From positions 1,882,480-1,946,479 of the forward strand of contig OZ244656.1 of the NCBI GenBank assembly GCA_965218825.1: a stretch of 64,000 bases of DNA, written 5' to 3'. The DNA comes from Vicinamibacterales bacterium. GTDB lineage: Bacteria; Acidobacteriota; Vicinamibacteria; Vicinamibacterales; UBA8438. Position numbers and translations under genes: made by a program. Position 1 is the first letter of the stretch, and every line of letters begins with the position of its first letter. A model generated the notes under the pieces. That model did no database searches. It saw nothing but the letters and a program-made list of their open reading frames with translations, and was not told the origin of the DNA. Shown here piece after piece: positions 48,258 through 57,102 of the stretch.

Positions 48258-49720
48258 CAGCCCGTGGTGAAAATCAGCAACGGCCTCGGCTAGATCGATC
48301 GCCAGAATCGATCATCATCTGTACACTCGTTCGCATGTCAATGGGCACACGACGCAAACGACGACGACAAGAAGCCCTCTGGGTCGCGACGACCGACTTG
48401 CCCCAGACGGTCGCCCACCCGTTCTATCGTCGAGTGAACGCCCTGCTGGACGCCCACGGTTTCGAGACGTTTGTCGAACGGCAGTGCCAGCGGTTCTACG
48501 CCGCCACCCGTGGCCGGCCAAGTCTCACGCCGGGCATCTACTTTCGCGCGTTGTTGGTGGGGTACTTTGAAGGCATTGACTCGGAGCGGGGCATCGCCTG
48601 GCGCGCGGCGGACTCGCTGGCGATTCGGCGCTTCTTGGGCATCGCCGTGGACGAGGATGTGCCGGACCACTCGACGATCTCCCGAACCCGGCGACTGATT
48701 GACGTCGAGACGCATCGCGCCGTGTTCACCTGGGTGCAGCAGCGCCTCGTCGCGTCGGGCGTGCTGAAGGGCGCGACGATCGGGATCGACGCCACCACGC
48801 TGGAGGCGAACGCGGCGATGCGGAGCATCGTGCGGCGGGACACCGGCGAGGACTACCAGGCCTATTTGACCGGCTTGGCGCAGGCGTCGGGCATTGCCAC
48901 CCCGACGCGCGACGACCTCGCCCGCCTGGACCGGAAGCGGAAGAAGACGCCATCGAACAAGGACTGGCGGAGCCCCGTCGATCCGGATGCGAAGGTCGCC
49001 AAGATGAAAGACGGCCGCACGCATCTGGCCCACAAGGTCGAACATGCCGTGGACCTCGACACCGGCGCGGTCGTCGCGGTGACCGTGCAAGGCGCAGACA
49101 CGGGGGATACGACGGTCGCCGCCGCTGCCCAGATCGAGGATGCGCAAGCCGAGGTGGACGACCCCCAGGCGTTCACCGCGCTGGTCGCGGACAAGGGCTA
49201 TCACAGTAATGAGGTCATGGTGGATCTGCAGGCCGTCGGCGTCCGGTCGTATGTCGCCGAGCCGGATCGAGGCCGCCGCGATTGGTCCAAGGCGCGGGAG
49301 GCCCAAGCGCCCGTCTATGCGAATCGTCGGCGCATTCGGGGCGCCCGCGGCAAGCGCTTGATGCGCCGACGTGGCGAGCGCATCGAGCGTTCGTTCGCGC
49401 ACGCCTACGAGACCGGCGGGATGCGGCGCACGCATCTGCGCGGGCATCGCAATATCTTGAAGCGCCTCTTGATTCACCTCGCGGGCTTCAACCTCGGCGT
49501 GCTGTTCCGGCAGCTGATCGGCGTTGGCACGCCGCGCAGCCTGCAGGGGCGCTGTCTCGCCGCGCTGATGGTCCTTGTGTCCTCCTGGCGGCGCCTCGTA
49601 CATGTCTGGACCGTTCGCGAGCCCGAGTACCCCGCGCGTTCCACGATCGGGGTCGGCGATCACGATCGATCACTCATCCCGAAAGCCGCATAGGAAGACC
49701 GCATTTCCACCACGGGCTGC
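48258..49720 (+). mobile_element. IS1182-like IS, copy 2
   Basis: Same 12-bp IRs as copy 1. Flanked by (C)TAG on both sides. Confidence 0.85.
48335..49693 (+). CDS. IS1182/IS5-type transposase (452 aa)
   Basis: Paralog of 22717-24117. ATG at 48335 chosen; the longer track ORF is a read-through from the interrupted host gene. Confidence 0.8.
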   Translation: MSMGTRRKRRRQEALWVATTDLPQTVAHPFYRRVNALLDAHGFETFVERQCQRFYAATRGRPSLTPGIYFRALLVGYFEGIDSERGIAWRAADSLAIRRFLGIAVDEDVPDHSTISRTRRLIDVETHRAVFTWVQQRLVASGVLKGATIGIDATTLEANAAMRSIVRRDTGEDYQAYLTGLAQASGIATPTRDDLARLDRKRKKTPSNKDWRSPVDPDAKVAKMKDGRTHLAHKVEHAVDLDTGAVVAVTVQGADTGDTTVAAAAQIEDAQAEVDDPQAFTALVADKGYHSNEVMVDLQAVGVRSYVAEPDRGRRDWSKAREAQAPVYANRRRIRGARGKRLMRRRGERIERSFAHAYETGGMRRTHLRGHRNILKRLLIHLAGFNLGVLFRQLIGVGTPRSLQGRCLAALMVLVSSWRRLVHVWTVREPEYPARSTIGVGDHDRSLIPKAA

Positions 49721-49722
49721 TA

Positions 49723-50917
49723 GTCCCCTTGATCTTTGATTTCTTCAAAAAGTCGTTGGTCATCTGGGGCCACCGTGGACTTGAACGGTGCGCTGTCCGA
49801 ACCGCTTCACCTTCGCGAGGATCTCGTCGGCTGTGTTCGTCCACTTGAAAGGCTTGCCCTCGTCATTGTGGGCGTCCACGTAGGCGGAGATGGCGTGGCG
49901 CAGCGCGTGCGTGCTGGAATGTGAGCCGCGCTTGAGGGCGTGTTCGGTGAGGAGGCCAAAGAACCGCTCGACGAGGTTGAGCCAGGCGGAGTAGGTTGGC
50001 GTAAAGTGGAACTGGAAGCGCGGGTGGCGGGCCACCCATCGTGTGACCAGCGGGGACTTATGCGCCGAGAGATTGTCGAGGATCACGTGGACGGTGAGGG
50101 TGGGGTCCACCCGCTCGTCGATCTCGCGCAGAAAGCTCACGAAATCCCTCGACCGATGCTGCTTCTTGGTTTGCGCCACGACCTGGCCGGTCGCGACGTT
50201 GAGCGCCGCGAAGAGGTCCACCGTGCCATGGCGGATGTAGTTGTGCGTCTGGCGTTCGGGCCGACCCATGTCCATCGGCAGGATCGGCTGCGCTCGCTCG
50301 AGGGCTTGAATCTGAGGCTTTTCGTCGAATGACAAGACACCGGCGTGGTCGGGTGGATTCAGGTAGAGGCCGACAATGTCCCGCACCTTCTCGAGGAACA
50401 GCGGGTCGTCGGAGATCTTGAAGGATTCCACGACATGCGGCTGCAACCCGAAGGTGCGCCAGATGCGGCCCACGGTGGAGGCACTGACGCCAGCGCGCTC
50501 CGCCATCTTGCGGGTGCTCCAGTGGGTCCGCCCCTTCGGCTTACTTTCCAACGTGGCGACGAGGATCGACTCGACATCCGCATCGGACAGTGTCCGGGGG
50601 GCTCCGGGCTTGGGCTCGTCATACAGCGCATCCACGCGACCTGTCGTAACCCGCTGCCGCCACTTGCCGACCGTCACATTCGAACAGCGCAGTTTCGCCG
50701 CGACCGCCACGTTCGATTCGCCATGCGCGCACCTCAGGACGATCTTCGCCCGCAAGGCCACATGCCGATTCGTTCTGGCGCGCCTGGCGAGCCGCTCAAG
50801 TTCTCCTCGCTCCACGGCGGTGACTTCCAATCTCGCTTTGGGCCGACCTGTTCTTGCCATGCCGCCCCATACATCACACCCGGCACACTTCTTAAAGCTT
50901 TTTCAGACACAAGGGAC
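49723..50917 (-). mobile_element. IS630-family IS (1195 bp) with TA duplication
   Basis: IRs GTCCCCTTGATCTTTGA / GTCCCTTGTGTCTGA. TA at 49721-49722 and 50918-50919. Confidence 0.8.
49760..50860 (-). CDS. IS630-family transposase (366 aa)
   Basis: HTH N-terminus, DEKPQIQALER, ILDNLSAHKS and YSAWLNLVERFF signatures. Confidence 0.85.
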   Translation of the reverse strand: MARTGRPKARLEVTAVERGELERLARRARTNRHVALRAKIVLRCAHGESNVAVAAKLRCSNVTVGKWRQRVTTGRVDALYDEPKPGAPRTLSDADVESILVATLESKPKGRTHWSTRKMAERAGVSASTVGRIWRTFGLQPHVVESFKISDDPLFLEKVRDIVGLYLNPPDHAGVLSFDEKPQIQALERAQPILPMDMGRPERQTHNYIRHGTVDLFAALNVATGQVVAQTKKQHRSRDFVSFLREIDERVDPTLTVHVILDNLSAHKSPLVTRWVARHPRFQFHFTPTYSAWLNLVERFFGLLTEHALKRGSHSSTHALRHAISAYVDAHNDEGKPFKWTNTADEILAKVKRFGQRTVQVHGGPR

Positions 50918-51080
50918 TAGATGCTGGGTGGCATGGTGGCTGAGATTATGGGGCGGGGACTGAATCGGTATGCAGTATTGGGTCTCGCGGCAGGTGTCTC
51001 TCTCCTAGGTAGTGGCACACTATTTCGCCCCAGGCGATCGCGATCGGCACCGGCTCGAGGGGTTCGGCCGTGTGTGATGC

Positions 51081-52154
51081 TTAGGGCGCCGGCTCGGTCG
51101 CCGCCCGCGCATCGAGCACCCGCTCTCCGCTAAGGGCGTTTCGCACCGCCCAGTTCCCTTCATGGCAGGCGTACTCGTAGATCTCGTAATCCGGATAGCG
51201 CGTGAGTGGCATTTGGATCGTGAATGGCGCGTCGTACACGTTGGGGTCAGTGACCGTCACCCGCCAGAGGATCGTATCCTCGGAGACCCGTTGATACCGC
51301 TCGACCACGTGTAGACGCTCACTCGTCGGGATGCCCTTGAGCCGGGCGCCCGCCCCGCTCGATGCGATCCACCCCTTGTTGGTGAAGTTCTTCGTCTCGA
51401 CCACCAGTGTGTCGCCTTCCCAGTACGCGTGGGAGTCACCCATCCACAGCTTGATGGCCGGGTCTACGAATGGCCGATCCGACACCGGAATGATCCGAGC
51501 GTCGTGAATCATCTCGTGCTGGATGATGACATGGTCTGCCGTCTGCAAGATCCGGTACGCATTGTTGTATCCAGCCGGCAGCATCGAGCCAGGCACGCCC
51601 CGAGAAACGCAGCGGTCCCAGACACTCATGTGTAGGTAGTGATCGCCGTTCCGCTCTAGGTTGTACCGCTTGGCCGCCAGTGCCCATGGCTTAATCCGCG
51701 CACGACCGTCTGGCGGATCCACGATCAGCGACGTCTGTCCGGTCGAGAGCACGGTATCGCCGGAGTCGAGCCAGTGGCTGTTGTAGCCACCAATGCTGCC
51801 ACCAACCGGCAGCGGCTCATCCCGGATCTCGCTCGGTGCATTCGCCCGCGCCCGGCTCTCTGCCCGCCGTGACGCCATTTCGGCCATTTCTTCGGGAGAC
51901 AAATACGCTCGACCTTCGAGCGAGGCCGGTCGCTCCATCGGCGTCATCGTCTTGTTGCCCCACATGCCCTGCAGGTCCGGATGGCCGTCGGCGGTCCGAG
52001 GTGCCGTCCAGTTCGGATCGGCGACGCGTTCCACCTGTGCCTGCGCTATCGTCGCCACCACGAACGCGACCGCCATGACAAGCGGCCCGATCGTCAGGGC
52101 TCGGCGTGTGACCAAGGTCTGCATGTCACGACTCCTTGTTCGGCGGGCAGCCAT
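51081..52154 (-). CDS. secreted protein of unknown function (paralog 1)
   Basis: Signal peptide. PDLQGMWG, HEMIHDARIIP and YEYACHEGN blocks shared with the adjacent gene. Confidence 0.7.
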   Translation of the reverse strand: MAARRTRSRDMQTLVTRRALTIGPLVMAVAFVVATIAQAQVERVADPNWTAPRTADGHPDLQGMWGNKTMTPMERPASLEGRAYLSPEEMAEMASRRAESRARANAPSEIRDEPLPVGGSIGGYNSHWLDSGDTVLSTGQTSLIVDPPDGRARIKPWALAAKRYNLERNGDHYLHMSVWDRCVSRGVPGSMLPAGYNNAYRILQTADHVIIQHEMIHDARIIPVSDRPFVDPAIKLWMGDSHAYWEGDTLVVETKNFTNKGWIASSGAGARLKGIPTSERLHVVERYQRVSEDTILWRVTVTDPNVYDAPFTIQMPLTRYPDYEIYEYACHEGNWAVRNALSGERVLDARAATEPAP

Positions 52155-52156
52155 CC

Positions 52157-53200
52157 TCAGCGCGATGCCTCGTCGGCTGCTCTGTTGTCTCTAATGGCGG
52201 CGGCCCTGAGGATGGTGGGCAGGCTGTAGTTCCCTTCGTGGCAGGCAAACTCGTAGACCAGGTTCGCGTTCCGCCGCATGGCGAGCTCGTACGTCCACGG
52301 GCGGGTCCACCTGCCCGGGTCATCGACCGTGGCTCGATAGAGCAGCACGTCCGGCGAGTAGAGCGAGAAACGTTCCGTCACCCGCAGCTCAGGCGTCGTG
52401 CGCCCGCCCATGAAGGTCGTTTCCCGACGGAAGCCGGTCGTATGGACGACCAGCGTGTCTCCCTCCCAATAGCCTCGTGAGTTGCCCGATAGCTGCTTGA
52501 CGCTCACATGCGCCCGCCCGTCGAGCGGCACGATTCGGGCATCGTGGACCATCTCGTTGTAGATGACCACCACGTCTTCCGTTTGAAACAGCTGAACGTT
52601 GTTGTTGTAGCCGCCTGCCAGCATGGGCGGACCCGCGTTGAACCCGGTAATGCAACGCGCTTGGAGACTGTTGTGCCCCATGTCTTCGACCCAGCCGCCC
52701 GGTGTCGGCTCGTGTTCCTGCAGGCCGAGGTCCTTGCGCAGCTGGTTCTCGGCGTCCCACTTGGCGCGGGCCACCAGATTCATCGGAGGCATCCGGCCGT
52801 TCGACGGATCGACGACGAGCGACGTGCGGAGCGTCGGCGAGACGAACCTCCGCGAGTCGAACCAGTGACGGTTGAACGAGCCGGGGCCACCCTCGATACC
52901 GCGATCCACGTTGCCGCTCGGATCCGCTTCTGTCCGTCTCGACGGTCGAGCGTTGATCTCCGCTTGACGATCCCTGCGGCGCTGCTCCATCGCCAGCGCC
53001 TCTTCTTGGGTGAGGTACTCGCGGTCGGCCAAGTCGGTCGGTCGGTTCAGCGGGGTCATGGTCGCGTAATCCCAAACTCCCTGCAGGTCGGGCGTTCCCC
53101 ATGACGTGCGAGGGAGGTCGTCCTGCGCCGCGACCGGACCGGGAGAAAGAGCAACAACGACCGCGATCAGCACCGCGCCCAAGAGATAGCGACATGGCAT
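52157..53200 (-). CDS. secreted protein of unknown function (paralog 2)
   Basis: Signal peptide. PDLQGVWD, NEMVHDARIVP and YEFACHEGN blocks. Confidence 0.7.
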   Translation of the reverse strand: MPCRYLLGAVLIAVVVALSPGPVAAQDDLPRTSWGTPDLQGVWDYATMTPLNRPTDLADREYLTQEEALAMEQRRRDRQAEINARPSRRTEADPSGNVDRGIEGGPGSFNRHWFDSRRFVSPTLRTSLVVDPSNGRMPPMNLVARAKWDAENQLRKDLGLQEHEPTPGGWVEDMGHNSLQARCITGFNAGPPMLAGGYNNNVQLFQTEDVVVIYNEMVHDARIVPLDGRAHVSVKQLSGNSRGYWEGDTLVVHTTGFRRETTFMGGRTTPELRVTERFSLYSPDVLLYRATVDDPGRWTRPWTYELAMRRNANLVYEFACHEGNYSLPTILRAAAIRDNRAADEASR

Positions 53201-53267
53201 GTAGGTCCTCCTCGCGAACGATCAGTGTGCAAACAGCCGACAAAGAGTGTAACCAAACCGGCGGGTC

Positions 53268-55730
53268 GTGGGCGAGTACAGGAGTTGCGGTATCCTATTA
53301 CTGGTGAAAAGGTTGCATAGTGGGGCGTGTTTCGGCCGCACCCGGCGAGGCGGCCTGAGCCATGCCGCGATAGTTGGTGTGTGTGCGCTTCTTTTCGGCG
53401 CGCCGAGCGGCGCTTCCCTTCGCGCACAAACAGGCCACAGCGCTGCTCCGAAGGACTCCGCTGAGGCGGAGTTATTCGTCAAGCGCTACTGTGCGGGCTG
53501 CCATAGTGACCGGCTACAGCGAGGCGGCCTGATACTGGCGGGTCTCGACCTGTCGGACGTCGGTGCGCACTCCGATGTGCTCGAGAAGGTCGTCATGAAG
53601 ATGCGGGGAGGGTTGATGCCGCCGCTGGGCGCGCGACGGCCCGATCCCGCGTCGTATGACGGCTTCCGAACATGGCTCGCCGCCGAGCTCGATCGCGCGA
53701 CGGCGGAGCATCCAGATCCTGGACCCAACGAGGTCTTCCATCGCCTCAATCGCAACGAGTACCAGAACGCCGTCCGCGACCTACTTCGCGTCGAGATCGA
53801 TGCCGCCCGCTTCCTTCCTGCAGACGATTCGAGTCACGGGTTCGACAACATGGCCGGGACGCTTCGCGTCTCGCCCCTGCTCATGGAACGGTATCTCGGC
53901 GCGGCCAAAGCGATCAGTCGGCTGGCGGTCGGTAGCGATGCCTCATTCGATAGCCGGATCTACTACGTGGGAACGGAGGCCGAGCGCCGTGTTCGGACAG
54001 GCGAGATTCCGCTGGGTGCCGAAGGAGGCACCGAGATCCGCCACTACTTCCCGAGGGATGGGGAGTACGCGCTGACGATCTCTCTGGAACGGACCAATCG
54101 GCCCGGCGCCATGCGCACGGTGGCTCGACAGGTCGACCGGCAGCTAGAGGTCGCCATCGACGGCGTGCAGGTTGGACTCTTCACAGTCGGCAAACCTGAA
54201 CGGGGTGCAAGAGAGCCGCGGCAGTACGAAGCCCGTGTTCCGGTGGCCGCCGGCGAGCACCACGTCTCCGCCCGGTTCTACAAGCTGCCGATGGATCTGG
54301 TGGACGGTCTTCGCGAGCCGTTCGTGAGTCAACGCGGAGAGGGAGACATTCCGGGATCCAGCGGAACCCTGCCCCGCCTATCGTCGCTGATGGTCGAGGG
54401 GCCGCTCAGCGCCGGCAGCCCCGGGGATACACCGAGCCGACGGGAAATATTCGTCTGTCAGCCGGCAGAGAACGCGCAAGAGGGGGCGTGCGCGCAGTCG
54501 ATATTGTCGAAGTTGGCTCGGCGCGCCTATCGCGGCACAGGAGCCGACGAGGACGTTCAGGCGTTGGTGCAGTCCTACACCGAAGCGCGGTCGCGCGGCG
54601 GCACGTTCGAGGACGGCATCGAGTTCGCCGTCCGGCGACTGCTCGTCAGCCCAAACTTCCTGTTCCGGATCGAGGCGGATCCATCATCGATCACCGACCC
54701 GCGGCCAGTCAGCGACCTCGAGCTCGCGTCGCGACTGTCGTTCTTCCTGTGGAGTAGTATTCCGGACGAGCCGCTACTGGCTGCCGCTGAGCAGGGTCAG
54801 CTGCATGCTGCGGACCAAATCGAGCAGCAGGTCCTGCGCATGCTGGCTGACCCGCGGTCGCGCGCCCTGACGTCGAACTTCGCGAGCCAGTGGCTCGAGC
54901 TCCGCAGCCTGGCGTTCTACAGGCCGACCGAGCCGCTCAGCTTCTACTACGACGAAACGCTTCGCGACGCCCTGCAGCGAGAGACCGAGCTGTTCATCGA
55001 TCATGTCATTCGAGAAAACCGGCCGGTCCCCGAGCTCATCACGGCCCGGTACACGTTCCTGAACAAGCGGCTGGCCGACCACTACGGTATTTCAGGCGCT
55101 CAACACCCGGATCTGCGGCGGGTCGACCTGCCGGCAGACAATCCGCGTGGCGGACTCCTGGGGCATGGGAGCCTGCTCGCCATTACCTCCCACCCCGACC
55201 GCACCTCACCGGTGCTGCGCGGGAAGTGGATCTTGACGAACCTTCTGGGGACGCCTCCGCCGCCGGCGCCAGCGGATGTCCCTCCGCTCGAGGACGAGAA
55301 GCCTGGGACCAAGGCACCGACCCTGCGTGCGCAGATGAGCGCGCATCGCGCCAACCCTGTCTGTGCAAGCTGTCATACGATGATTGACCCTGCGGGATTC
55401 GCCCTGGAACACTTCGACGCGATCGGGCGCTGGCGCGACCGGGATGATTCCTGGAACGCGATCGACAGCTCCGCGGTGCTCCCGGACGGATCGGAGATCG
55501 AGGGCGTCGACGGACTCAAAGCGGCGCTCGTCCGCCAGCCTGAGCGTTTCGCGACGACGGTAGCGGAGCGGCTGCTCACGTATGCGCTCGGTCGTGGCCT
55601 CGAGCACTACGACGCACCAACCGTTCGAAAGATCGTGTCGGAGTCGGCGAAAGACGAGTATCGGATTCAGTCGATGATCGTAGGCGTCGCGAGAAGCTAT
55701 CCCTTTCTCACGCGACGAGGAGCCAGCTGA
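53268..55730 (+). CDS. DUF1592/DUF1595/DUF1587/DUF1588/DUF1585-type protein with c-type haem motif
   Basis: CAGCHSD haem-binding motif near the N-terminus. A second CASCH. Size and pairing with a DUF1552 gene are typical. Start uncertain. Confidence 0.7.
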   Translation: MGEYRSCGILLLVKRLHSGACFGRTRRGGLSHAAIVGVCALLFGAPSGASLRAQTGHSAAPKDSAEAELFVKRYCAGCHSDRLQRGGLILAGLDLSDVGAHSDVLEKVVMKMRGGLMPPLGARRPDPASYDGFRTWLAAELDRATAEHPDPGPNEVFHRLNRNEYQNAVRDLLRVEIDAARFLPADDSSHGFDNMAGTLRVSPLLMERYLGAAKAISRLAVGSDASFDSRIYYVGTEAERRVRTGEIPLGAEGGTEIRHYFPRDGEYALTISLERTNRPGAMRTVARQVDRQLEVAIDGVQVGLFTVGKPERGAREPRQYEARVPVAAGEHHVSARFYKLPMDLVDGLREPFVSQRGEGDIPGSSGTLPRLSSLMVEGPLSAGSPGDTPSRREIFVCQPAENAQEGACAQSILSKLARRAYRGTGADEDVQALVQSYTEARSRGGTFEDGIEFAVRRLLVSPNFLFRIEADPSSITDPRPVSDLELASRLSFFLWSSIPDEPLLAAAEQGQLHAADQIEQQVLRMLADPRSRALTSNFASQWLELRSLAFYRPTEPLSFYYDETLRDALQRETELFIDHVIRENRPVPELITARYTFLNKRLADHYGISGAQHPDLRRVDLPADNPRGGLLGHGSLLAITSHPDRTSPVLRGKWILTNLLGTPPPPAPADVPPLEDEKPGTKAPTLRAQMSAHRANPVCASCHTMIDPAGFALEHFDAIGRWRDRDDSWNAIDSSAVLPDGSEIEGVDGLKAALVRQPERFATTVAERLLTYALGRGLEHYDAPTVRKIVSESAKDEYRIQSMIVGVARSYPFLTRRGAS

Positions 55731-57064
55731 TGGTCATTACGCAGAAATCGCTCGAGCGGCGAACGTTTCTGAGGGGGTTGGGCGCGACGGTAGCATTGCC
55801 CTTCTTGGACGCGATGGTGCCGGCTCTTGGCACCACCGCCGCGGCAGCAGCCAAGCCAGTGCAGCGCCTCGGGTTCTTCTACGTGCCCAACGGCATCTAT
55901 CCCCGGAGCTGGCATCCGACTGGAGACGGCGGCTCGCGATTCACCCTCTCGCCGGTGCTCGAGCCGCTAGAACCGGTCCGACAGCACGTCAACGTCCTGA
56001 GTGGCCTCAGCAATCTCGCGACCGCCAAAGGGGGTGGCGGCCATTCGAGCGCGCACTCCGGATGGCTAAACGGCGCGCCCTCGAAGAAGACCGAGGGTTC
56101 CGATATTCGCGCCGGCAAGACGCTCGACCAGTACGCGGCCGACGTCATGGGGACCGACACCATCCTCCGCTCGCTGGAGCTGACGACCGAATCGAGCATC
56201 GTCGCCGGCTTGTGCGAGTTCGGATACAGCTGCACCTACCGCAACTCGACGTCGTGGCTGACCCCGACCACTCCCCTGCCCCACGAGAACAATCCGCGAC
56301 TGATCTTCGAGCGACTCTTCGGGAGCGAAGCCACGCCGGCGGCCCGCGCGCGCGAGCTGGCGAACGACCGGAGCATCCTGGACTCGGTTACCGAGGAAAT
56401 GACGCGACTGCAGCGACGACTCGGTATCGGAGACCAGCGAACGGTCGATGACTACATGAGCTCGATTCGTGACGTCGAAGTGCGAATCCAGAAGATCGAA
56501 CGGAACCAGTCGAACACGGTGGCAGCCGACATCATGCAGCCGGTCGGCATTCCGGACGATTTCCGCGAGCACATCGCGCTGCTCTTCGACCTCCTCTGGA
56601 TTGCATACCAGGGCGACATCACACGCGTCAGCTGCACGCAAATCGGCCGAGAGAACGGCGCCAGAACCTACCCCTGGATCGGCGTCAACAGCGGACACCA
56701 TGGCCTCACCCACCACGGCCACGATCCCGACAAGGTCGCCGCCGTCGTCAAGATCGACACCTATCACGCGACCCTCTTCCGGGATTTCATCGAGAAGATG
56801 CGAGACACGCCCGATGGCGACGGATCGCTCCTCGACCATTCGATCCTGGTCTACGGGGGCGGTCTTGGAGACGGGAACATCCACAGCTTCAGCAACCTGC
56901 CCCTCCTCGTCGCCGGTGGCGGCGCGGGCCAGCTGAAGGGTGGGCAGCACTTGACGTTTCCGGAGGACACACCGCTGATGAATGCTGGGCTGACAGTGCT
57001 CGACAAGGTGGGCGTGCACCTCGACAGCATCGGCGACAGCACCGGACGCCTCGGCGACCTCTGA
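55730..57064 (+). CDS. DUF1552-family protein with Tat-type signal
   Basis: RRTFLRGLGA twin-arginine N-terminus. TGATG overlap with the upstream gene. Confidence 0.75.
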   Translation: MVITQKSLERRTFLRGLGATVALPFLDAMVPALGTTAAAAAKPVQRLGFFYVPNGIYPRSWHPTGDGGSRFTLSPVLEPLEPVRQHVNVLSGLSNLATAKGGGGHSSAHSGWLNGAPSKKTEGSDIRAGKTLDQYAADVMGTDTILRSLELTTESSIVAGLCEFGYSCTYRNSTSWLTPTTPLPHENNPRLIFERLFGSEATPAARARELANDRSILDSVTEEMTRLQRRLGIGDQRTVDDYMSSIRDVEVRIQKIERNQSNTVAADIMQPVGIPDDFREHIALLFDLLWIAYQGDITRVSCTQIGRENGARTYPWIGVNSGHHGLTHHGHDPDKVAAVVKIDTYHATLFRDFIEKMRDTPDGDGSLLDHSILVYGGGLGDGNIHSFSNLPLLVAGGGAGQLKGGQHLTFPEDTPLMNAGLTVLDKVGVHLDSIGDSTGRLGDL

Positions 57065-57102
57065 CACTGACACTGACACTGACACTGACACTGACGCTGA
57101 TG
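57061..57102. repeat. hexanucleotide tandem repeat (CTGACA)x5 + CTGACG + CTGATG
   Basis: Fills the whole spacer. The first unit holds the DUF1552 stop TGA and the last unit holds the ankyrin ATG. Confidence 0.95.

Noticed and set aside
47888-49693. 601-aa ORF suggesting a large fusion protein
   Set aside because: This is read-through from the interrupted coiled-coil gene across the IS1182-like IR into the transposase frame. The paralog at 22717-24117 starts at the equivalent of 48335.
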